From Bacillota bacterium (GTDB lineage Bacteria > Bacillota > Clostridia > Christensenellales > CAG-138): a DNA stretch of 64,000 nucleotides. Under the pieces are notes generated by a model. That model ran no database searches and was not told the origin of the DNA. It worked only from the letters and a program-made list of their open reading frames with translations. The translations under genes were made by a program, and so were the position numbers. Where the stretch lies: NCBI GenBank assembly GCA_023395595.1, contig JAEWYO010000060.1:106704-170703 (forward strand), written 5' to 3'. Each line of letters opens with the position of its first letter. The stretch's first letter is position 1. Positions 57,548 through 64,000 of this stretch are shown here, piece by piece.

Positions 57548-57910
57548 ATGTCGAACATCATTTCCGAACTGGAAAAAGAGCAACTCCGTACAGACCTGCC
57601 CGAGATTGAGGTTGGCGACACCGTCCGCGTCTTCGTGAAGGTTATCGAAGGCAATCGCGAACGTCTCCAGAACTTTGAGGGCATCATCATCAAGATTCAG
57701 GGTGGCGGTGTGCGCAAGAGCTTTACCGTCCGCCGCATCTCTTACGGCGTTGGCGTGGAAAGAACCTTCCCGTTCAACAGCCCGCGCATCGGCCGCATCG
57801 AGATCGTTCGTCACGGTGTTGTGCGCCGCGCCAAGCTCTTCTATCTGCGTGAGCGTTCCGGCAAATCGGCAAAGATTCGCGAACGCATCGAAGACAAGAA
57901 GAACGACTAA
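57548..57910 (+). CDS. rplS: 50S ribosomal protein L19
   Basis: [44 protein letters not shown]. Confidence 0.95.
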   Translation: MSNIISELEKEQLRTDLPEIEVGDTVRVFVKVIEGNRERLQNFEGIIIKIQGGGVRKSFTVRRISYGVGVERTFPFNSPRIGRIEIVRHGVVRRAKLFYLRERSGKSAKIRERIEDKKND

Positions 57911-57928
57911 GCAAATTAAAACGGGATC

Positions 57929-57962
57929 AAACCCCTCTGCCGAAATCGGCACCGGGGTTTTT
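57929..57962 (+). terminator. Intrinsic terminator after rplS
   Basis: AAACCCC...(inner GCCG/CGGC)...GGGGTTT followed by TT. Confidence 0.75.
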
Positions 57963-57983
57963 CCATATTTGGAGGAAACAATC

Positions 57984-58838
57984 ATGCCTGCTATCAACTG
58001 GTACCCGGGGCATATGACGAAAACCCGCCGCATGCTGCAGGAAAACTTAAAGATGATCGACGTGGTGGTCGAGATTCTGGATGCGCGCGCTCCGCTTGCT
58101 TCGCGCAATCCGGACTTTGACGACCTCTTTGCGGGGAAATCGCGCGTGGTGCTGCTCAACAAGAGCGACCTTGCGGATTCCAACGCCACCAAGCGCTGGA
58201 TTTCGTACTATAACCGCAAAGGGATTGAGGCCGCGGGCATCTCTGCTACCGGCGGATCGGCAAAGAAGATCGCCGTTGCGCTCATTGAGAAAGCGGCAAA
58301 ACCCCGTGTAGATGCGATGAAGCTCAAGGGCGTGAACAAGGTTGTGCGTTGTATGATCGTCGGCATCCCGAACGTTGGCAAAAGCACCCTGATCAACCGT
58401 ATTGCCGGGCAAAACCGCGCGGAGGTTGGGGATCGTCCCGGCGTGACGCGCGGCAAACAATGGGTGAAGATTACACCGTATCTGGAGCTGATGGATACGC
58501 CGGGCATGCTCTGGCCGAAGCTGGAGGATCAGGAACTCGCCAAGCATCTGGCATTTCTTGGATCTATTAAGGATGAGGTCATGGACAGCGAAGAGCTCGC
58601 GCTCGACCTCCTGGCGCAGCTGCAGGCGATGTCCCCCGCACAGGTCGCGGAGCGCTATAGCAAGCTCACCGCAGAAACGCTGAAGGAAGACCTGCTCAAA
58701 GCGGTCTGCTTGAGCCGCGGATTCCTGCTCCGCGGAGGCGAACTCGACACCGAGCGCGCGGCGCATGTGACGCTCGACGAATTCCGCGCGGGCAAGGTTG
58801 CGCGGGTCACGCTCGAGCAGCCGGAGGCGGTAGGGTGA
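57984..58838 (+). CDS. rbgA: Ribosome biogenesis GTPase A (YlqF/RbgA, circularly permuted GTPase)
   Basis: MPAINWYPGHMTKTRRMLQENLKMIDVVVEILDARAP, NKSDL, GIPNVGKSTLINR. SD GGAGGAA. Confidence 0.9.
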   Translation: MPAINWYPGHMTKTRRMLQENLKMIDVVVEILDARAPLASRNPDFDDLFAGKSRVVLLNKSDLADSNATKRWISYYNRKGIEAAGISATGGSAKKIAVALIEKAAKPRVDAMKLKGVNKVVRCMIVGIPNVGKSTLINRIAGQNRAEVGDRPGVTRGKQWVKITPYLELMDTPGMLWPKLEDQELAKHLAFLGSIKDEVMDSEELALDLLAQLQAMSPAQVAERYSKLTAETLKEDLLKAVCLSRGFLLRGGELDTERAAHVTLDEFRAGKVARVTLEQPEAVG

Positions 58839-59461
58839 CACGCGTACCGGAGGCGGAACGGCTTGAGCAGTTGAGCTTGCTTGACCGCGCGTTCTGGGAG
58901 CGGGAGGGCATAGTCCTCGCGGGAATGGACGAAGTCGGCAGAGGCCCGCTGGCAGGGCCTGTCGTTGTTTGCTGCGCTGCGATGCCGCCGGAGCCGCTGA
59001 TTTCGTATGTGAACGATTCCAAAAAGGTCAGCGAAGCACGAAGAGAGAAGCTCTATCCGGTTCTGACGGGAACCGCGCTGGGCTATGCGACAGGCTGGGT
59101 GTTTCCCGATGTGATCGACGAAATCAATATATTGGAGGCGACCAAACGTGCCTTTGCGATGGCATATGAAGCCATGCCGGTCGCGGTGACGGATGTTTTA
59201 ATCGACGCGTTGACGGGACTCAACATCGCTGCGCGGCAGCACCCGATCATCCACGGCGATGCATTGAGCTACAGCATCGCTTGCGCTTCGATTATTGCAA
59301 AGGTAGAGCGGGATCGCTATATGCAAGAGCAGGACGCGCTCTATCCCGAATACGGCTTTGCCAAGAACAAAGGATACGGAACGGTGGAGCACATTGCCGC
59401 CATTCGTAAGCACGGGCTTTGCCCGATCCACCGCAGGAGCTTCCTGCGGAGTTATCTATGA
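58835..59461 (+). CDS. rnhB: Ribonuclease HII
   Basis: GMDEVGRGPLAGPVV catalytic motif. GTGA overlap with rbgA. Confidence 0.9.
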   Translation: MTRVPEAERLEQLSLLDRAFWEREGIVLAGMDEVGRGPLAGPVVVCCAAMPPEPLISYVNDSKKVSEARREKLYPVLTGTALGYATGWVFPDVIDEINILEATKRAFAMAYEAMPVAVTDVLIDALTGLNIAARQHPIIHGDALSYSIACASIIAKVERDRYMQEQDALYPEYGFAKNKGYGTVEHIAAIRKHGLCPIHRRSFLRSYL

Positions 59462-59817
59462 GCACGACCACCGTTGGCAGAGGCGGAGAAGCCCGCGCAC
59501 AGGCGTATTTAGAAGAGCGCGGATACAAGCTCCTGCGCAAAAATTATCGCGACGGGCCAAGAGAGATCGACCTCATCATGCAGACCGGCTGTACGGTTGT
59601 GTTTGTGGAGGTGAAATCCCGCTCAAAAACTGGCTACGGTACGCCGGCGGAATTTGTGACCCCCGCCAAACGTAAGCTGCTGATTCAAGCGGCGCAAGCA
59701 TACCTGCAAGAGATGGATTTACTGGATGCGCCTGCGCGGTTTGACGTGATTGAGGTCTACCTCGGCACGGATTTGATTCACCACATCGAAAACGCATTCG
59801 ACACCAGTGGCTGGTAA
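59458..59817 (+). CDS. yraN: YraN-family (UPF0102) endonuclease-like protein
   Basis: GRGGEARAQAYLEERGYKLLRKNYR...EIDLIM...VFVEVKSR. ATGA overlap with rnhB. Confidence 0.85.
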   Translation: MSTTTVGRGGEARAQAYLEERGYKLLRKNYRDGPREIDLIMQTGCTVVFVEVKSRSKTGYGTPAEFVTPAKRKLLIQAAQAYLQEMDLLDAPARFDVIEVYLGTDLIHHIENAFDTSGW

Positions 59818-59880
59818 CGAAGAATCGCATCAAAAGCAACCAATTGACCAGAAAAAAGAAAATTCCGACACAAAAATGAC

Positions 59881-59916
59881 AAGCTCAAGCCGCATCCACG
59901 CGGTTGAGCTTTTTTT
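59881..59916 (+). terminator. Intrinsic terminator after yraN
   Basis: AAGCTCAAGCCGC-atcca-CGCGGTTGAGCTT followed by TTTTTT. Confidence 0.85.
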
Positions 59917-59931
59917 GTATTGTGATATACT
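59904..59931 (+). promoter_or_regulatory. Candidate promoter of the GT-C fusion gene (TTGAGC-16-TGaTATACT, extended -10)
   Basis: TTGAGC tttttttgtattgtga TATACT. Overlaps the 3' arm of the preceding terminator. Confidence 0.45.
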
Positions 59932-59979
59932 GTTTGGGAATTCATCGACCCTTTTTTTGGATGTGGAAAGGATACGTTT

Positions 59980-62900
59980 GTGCGTAAACTGCTGACAATC
60001 CTGCTGTTACTGTGCCTTTTGAGTGTGCCCGCGCTGGCGCTTGCCGACAACGGGGATCAACTCGCAGGCGAGGAATTGCTGTATAATGGAGATTTTTCGA
60101 TTCATGTCGAGAGTGCGCCCCTGCCCGCGGGCTGGGATCTGCGCGCGTATCAAAACGATGCGGACAGCGTGAGCGCAACGGTTGCATCCGAGGATGGCAC
60201 CACACAGATCGTTTTGACCAACAAAGTGGCAAACGATGCGCGCGTGGCGCAGGATGTTACCGTTGAGCCGAATACTGTCTATCGCCTGAGCGCCGAGATT
60301 CGAACCAGCGATGTGGAATACGGCACGGGGGCCAACCTTTCGATCGACAATTATCCCATTGATGGCACATATTGCTATTCGGAAAACCTGTTTGGTTCGG
60401 ACTCCTGGCGCGAGGTGCTGCTCTATTTCCGCACGGCGGCGGAGCAGACCAAGGTCAGCGTTGCGCTCCGCCTCGGCGGCTATGGCACAACCGCGACCGG
60501 CACGGCGGAGTTTCGCAATGTTTCGCTCTACGAATGCACCACAACGGAGAACACAATCGTCAACCTCGCGACTGAAAACGGCGCAGTCTCCAACCATGGT
60601 GACGCCAGCCAAGCAAAGACGGACGCAATGACGGCAAACGATCCGCTGTATCTTGCGCTCGCGTTTACGCTGGTGCTCGGTTTTGCATTTCTTTGGTATT
60701 ATCGCAACGAGCTGCGCTATGCCTCCCGCTTGGAGGAGCCGGTTGTAAAACCGCAGCTTGCGTTGCTTGTCATACTCTTTGGTATGTTCATCGTCCGCGT
60801 CGTGCTCTCGCTGATCTTCCACGGGCACCCGACGGACATCGGCTGCTTTATGGCTTGGGGCAATATGGTGGTGGATCTCGGTCCGGCCAACTTCTACACC
60901 AGCGGAGCCTTTGCGGACTATCCGCCGGGATATATGTATATCTGCGGGGCGCTGGCGTGGATTTGCAAGCTGCTGGGCATTCCATATGACTCCAGTGCGA
61001 TGGCGCTGCTGTTCAAAATGCCCTCCACCTTTGCCGATATGGCGACGGTTTATCTGCTCTACCGGCTTGCAAAGAAAAACGGGCTCGCCGAGAAAGAATC
61101 GCTTCTGATCGCCGGAATCTTTGCATTCACGCCGACGTTGATGTTTGTCTCCGGCGCATGGGGGCAGATCGATTCCGTGCTGGCACTGCTCATCGTGATT
61201 ACGATTCTGCTGCTCCAAAGCGACAAGCGAATTCTCGCGGGCGCTGTCTTTGGTCTTGCGATTTTACTCAAGCCGCAGGCGCTGATGTTCGGACCGATCC
61301 TTGCCGTTGCCTTTGTACTGGATGTGATCGACCACCGTGAACAATGGGTCAAGAAGGCAATAGAGACGGTACTTGCCGTCGTTGCTGCCCTTGCGGTCAT
61401 CTTCGTTCTGGCGCTACCGTTCCAAGGTGATCAGAATGTGTTTTGGTTGCTGTCTAAATACAAGGACACGGCAACATCCTATCACTATGCATCGATCGAG
61501 GCATTTAACCTCGGGTCAATGCTTGGGTGGAACTGGAAGACGGCGGATACGCTGATTTTCGGAATGCCGTTTTATCAGTTTGGTATGGGGATGATCATCC
61601 TCTCCGTGCTGTTCTCCTCTGTGCTATACTTCTTCGGCAGAAAAAGAAACCGTGGCGCGCTGTTTCTCTCGGCTGGGCTTGGCGTGCTGCTGATCTTCAC
61701 CTTTGGGCACTACATGCACGAACGCTATATGATTCCCGCGCTGCTGCTGATACTGGTTGCTTATCTTTACTATGGCGACCGGCGGCTACTTGCGGCATTT
61801 GGCGGACTCTCCACAACGTCGCTGCTCAATGCGCTGTGCGCGTTCTATGTGGTCAACCATCCGGCATCGCGTGGGCAGGTTTATGATGTCATCACGTTCA
61901 TCGGCTCTCTTGCTACCGTTGCAATGGCGGTTTATCTGAGCGTAATCAGCGTGCAAATTCTCGCGCTGAATCGTATGCCGCAACCGCTGCAGACACAGGA
62001 GCAACCGAAAAAACGGATTTCCCACCGCGTTTCGATTTTACCTTCGCTCCCGACGGATAACAAGCTGCACTACACGAAGAAAGACATCTTTTTCATGCTG
62101 GCCATCACGTTGGTCTACGGCGTGGTCGCCCTGACCAATCTCGGCTCCACGACGGCGCCGCAAACCTACTGGTACAGCGATCAGGCAGGGGAATCTGTGA
62201 CCGTGCATTTCCCCAAGGTGGAGCGTGTGACGGCGTACAGCGTCTATGGCAACATCGACACGGACGGGACGATGCTGGTTTCCACACCGGATGGGCACGA
62301 GGAAATCTTCGACCAGTTCTATGATGATATGTTCCGCTGGAAGAAGACCACGACGGACTTCGTGAGCGATACGGTGACAATTTCGCTCTATTCCGGTACG
62401 CTCAAACTCAACGAGATTGCGTTTTTTGATGCAAACGGGGAGCAGATTCCCGTGACCGTTACCGGCGCACAAGGCACGCAGGGGAATCTCTTTGACGAGC
62501 AGGATGCTGTTGCAGCAGTGCCAAGCTATTTCAACGGCATGTATTTTGACGAGCTGTATCATGCCAGAACGGCTTACGAAAACCTCAACAATCTCACGCC
62601 CTATGAGAATTCCCACCCGCCGCTGGGCAAGCTGTTCATCATGCTGGGGGTTTGGGTGTTTGGAATGGTGCCGTTTGGTTGGCGTGTGGTTGGCGCGCTG
62701 TTCGGCATCGGCATGCTGCCGGTGCTCTATGCCTTTGGCAAACGGCTGTTCAAAAATTCTGACTATGCGATTGTACTTACTACGCTGTTTGCGTTTGACT
62801 TTATGCACTTTACGCAGACGCGCATTGCAACCATAGACGTGTATTCGGTCTTCTTCATTCTACTGATGTACTATTATATGTATCAGTACATCACGATGAA

Positions 62901-63810
62901 CTTCTATGTGGACGGGCTGAAAAAGACGCTCAAACCGCTTGCGCTCTCCGGCCTGTTCTTCGGAATCGGTGCTGCGTGCAAATGGACGAGTATCTATGCA
63001 GGCGCGGGGCTTGCCGTGCTGCTTGGGATCTCTCTGGTTTCGCGCTATCTCGACTATGCGCAGGTCAACGCGCGGGACAATGACGCGGACAAGGCGCGTG
63101 TGCGTGACTTCTGGCCGATGACGATTCGCACGCTGCTCTGGTGTGTGCTGTTCTTCATCGTGATTCCGTTTGCCATCTATTTTGCTTCGTACACACCGTA
63201 TTTCATCTATGAATCCGGCCAGGCGACGAGCTATGGCATCGGTGATATGTTCAAAACATTCGGGCATTATCAGCAGTTTATGTACAACTACCACTCGACG
63301 CTGAACGCCACACATCCCTATCAGTCGAGTTGGTATAGCTGGCCGTTTACGATCAAGCCGATGTGGTATTTCTTCAACAGCTACATCACACCAGGTCAGA
63401 TTTCCACGCTGAGTGCTTCCGGCAACCCCGCCGTCTGGTGGGTGTCCGCAATCGGTTCCGTCGCGCTGCTTTGGGCACGGCTGAGCAAACGGGTTGCGCC
63501 GGACAAGGCGATGCAGATCTTCTGTGTCGGCATTCTTGCAAATTTCCTGCCCTGGGTATTGGTGACACGCTGCACGTTTATCTACCACTTTTTTGCGACG
63601 GTGCCGTTTATCCTGATGGCGACGGTTTACGCGCTGCAAAAGCTGGAACAGCGCTATCCCGAAGCGCATTTCATCAAGTGGTTCTGGGTCGGGTTTGCGG
63701 TGCTGTTCTTTGTGCTGCTCTATCCAGGCATCTCCGGCCTTGCGGTTCCGGCAGACTGGGCGGCGTTTATCTCCAAACTACCCGGAGGAAAGCTGATGTA
63801 TGGCGCATAA
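59980..63810 (+). CDS. 1,276-aa fusion: signal peptide + CBM-like beta-sandwich + GT-C module 1 (Gpi18/DUF2029-like) + discoidin-like insert + GT-C module 2 (PMT/GT39-like polyprenyl-phosphate-sugar-dependent glycosyltransferase)
   Basis: GTG start 7 nt after GAAAGGA. Supporting segments: MRKLLTILLLLCLLSVPALALA; LLYNGDFS...; HPTDIGCFMAWG and DYPPGYMY; YFDELYHARTAYENL...HPPLGK (the PMT loop-1 DE motif); HPYQSSWYSWPF (the PMT C-terminal 4TM region). More than 20 predicted TM helices. Confidence 0.85.
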   Translation: MRKLLTILLLLCLLSVPALALADNGDQLAGEELLYNGDFSIHVESAPLPAGWDLRAYQNDADSVSATVASEDGTTQIVLTNKVANDARVAQDVTVEPNTVYRLSAEIRTSDVEYGTGANLSIDNYPIDGTYCYSENLFGSDSWREVLLYFRTAAEQTKVSVALRLGGYGTTATGTAEFRNVSLYECTTTENTIVNLATENGAVSNHGDASQAKTDAMTANDPLYLALAFTLVLGFAFLWYYRNELRYASRLEEPVVKPQLALLVILFGMFIVRVVLSLIFHGHPTDIGCFMAWGNMVVDLGPANFYTSGAFADYPPGYMYICGALAWICKLLGIPYDSSAMALLFKMPSTFADMATVYLLYRLAKKNGLAEKESLLIAGIFAFTPTLMFVSGAWGQIDSVLALLIVITILLLQSDKRILAGAVFGLAILLKPQALMFGPILAVAFVLDVIDHREQWVKKAIETVLAVVAALAVIFVLALPFQGDQNVFWLLSKYKDTATSYHYASIEAFNLGSMLGWNWKTADTLIFGMPFYQFGMGMIILSVLFSSVLYFFGRKRNRGALFLSAGLGVLLIFTFGHYMHERYMIPALLLILVAYLYYGDRRLLAAFGGLSTTSLLNALCAFYVVNHPASRGQVYDVITFIGSLATVAMAVYLSVISVQILALNRMPQPLQTQEQPKKRISHRVSILPSLPTDNKLHYTKKDIFFMLAITLVYGVVALTNLGSTTAPQTYWYSDQAGESVTVHFPKVERVTAYSVYGNIDTDGTMLVSTPDGHEEIFDQFYDDMFRWKKTTTDFVSDTVTISLYSGTLKLNEIAFFDANGEQIPVTVTGAQGTQGNLFDEQDAVAAVPSYFNGMYFDELYHARTAYENLNNLTPYENSHPPLGKLFIMLGVWVFGMVPFGWRVVGALFGIGMLPVLYAFGKRLFKNSDYAIVLTTLFAFDFMHFTQTRIATIDVYSVFFILLMYYYMYQYITMNFYVDGLKKTLKPLALSGLFFGIGAACKWTSIYAGAGLAVLLGISLVSRYLDYAQVNARDNDADKARVRDFWPMTIRTLLWCVLFFIVIPFAIYFASYTPYFIYESGQATSYGIGDMFKTFGHYQQFMYNYHSTLNATHPYQSSWYSWPFTIKPMWYFFNSYITPGQISTLSASGNPAVWWVSAIGSVALLWARLSKRVAPDKAMQIFCVGILANFLPWVLVTRCTFIYHFFATVPFILMATVYALQKLEQRYPEAHFIKWFWVGFAVLFFVLLYPGISGLAVPADWAAFISKLPGGKLMYGA

Positions 63811-64000
63811 CGAAGAAGCGAAAAAGACGTTCTGGCAGATGGTGAAGTTCGCCATCGTAGGCGTGCTCAATACCCTGGTGGATTTCGCGGTGTTTCAAAC
63901 GCTCAACCTCACGCTTGGCTGGGTCTATGCTGCGCAGGTGCTGGGCTATACCTTCGGCGTAATCAACAGCTATCTCTGGAACAGCAACTGGACATTTCGG
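63800..64000 (+). CDS. GtrA-family membrane protein (partial; continues past the window end)
   Basis: Not in the track because it runs off the edge. Hand translation: MAHNEEAKKTFWQMVKFAIVGVLNTLVDFAVFQTLNLTLGWVYAAQVLGYTFGVINSYLWNSNWTF, the typical GtrA N-terminus. Overlaps the upstream stop by 11 nt. Confidence 0.75.
   Translation, partial: MAHNEEAKKTFWQMVKFAIVGVLNTLVDFAVFQTLNLTLGWVYAAQVLGYTFGVINSYLWNSNWTFR

Noticed and set aside
1-64000. Search for tRNA/rRNA genes, IS elements, integrases, prophage or CRISPR-Cas
   Set aside because: No tRNA T-arm/acceptor patterns, rRNA-like segments, transposase, recombinase or phage protein signatures were seen in any ORF translation or intergenic region. 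The accessory content appears as single-gene or small-cluster insertions without recognisable mobility genes.

Overview
This is a 64-kb chromosomal window from a visibly GC-rich Firmicute of the class Clostridia. The gene order looks Oscillospirales/Ruminococcaceae-like, but that is inference only and no search was run. I support about 63 protein-coding genes. I recognised no rRNA, tRNA, CRISPR array, transposase or integrase.

Layout:
- 1-7.5 kb, minus strand: an accessory block with a partial Rieske oxygenase, a 7TM-PAS-GGDEF diguanylate cyclase, a GyrI-like protein, a TPR protein, oleate hydratase with a TetR regulator, a DUF1801 protein, and a low-GC nitroreductase.
- 7.5-15.4 kb, minus strand: core genes rlmD, dnaE, whiA, rapZ and murB.
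- 15.4-22 kb: a low-GC gap, then a divergent pair (deoxyinosine/uracil-DNA glycosylase-family gene and an ABC exporter), then barnase-barstar, then a HEAT-repeat membrane protein translationally coupled to a GT2-like membrane protein.
- 22-60 kb, plus strand: almost pure Firmicute housekeeping synteny.
  - rluB, then oadG-like / biotin carrier / carboxyltransferase, then pgsA.
  - rimP-nusA-ylxR-ylxQ-infB-rbfA-nrnA-truB-ribF.
  - rpsO-pnp-M16 peptidase-dUTPase-like.
  - HlyD-like-yggS-sepF-divIVA, then ygiQ.
  - yceD-rpmF, then plsX-acpP-rnc-smc-ftsY.
  - ylxM-ffh-rpsP-KH-rimM-trmD-(EamA transporter)-rplS-rbgA-rnhB-yraN.
- 60-64 kb: a 1,276-aa fusion of two GT-C glycosyltransferase modules with two beta-sandwich domains, overlapping a partial GtrA gene.

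Best candidates for something undescribed:
- The dual GT-C fusion with GtrA.
- The HEAT / degenerate-GT2 membrane pair next to barnase-barstar.
- The nucleotide-level tandem Q/G/N/Y/P repeat array inside infB.

Smaller oddities:
- A duplicated murB 3' end.
- Three promoter-to-ATG geometries that predict leaderless mRNAs.
- A perfect 25-bp palindrome.
- Two low-GC islets.

Limits: all calls come from reading the ORF translations and the sequence by eye. No database search, HMM, folding or GC computation was run. Many long ORFs in the track are antisense shadows of GC3-rich genes and were rejected.
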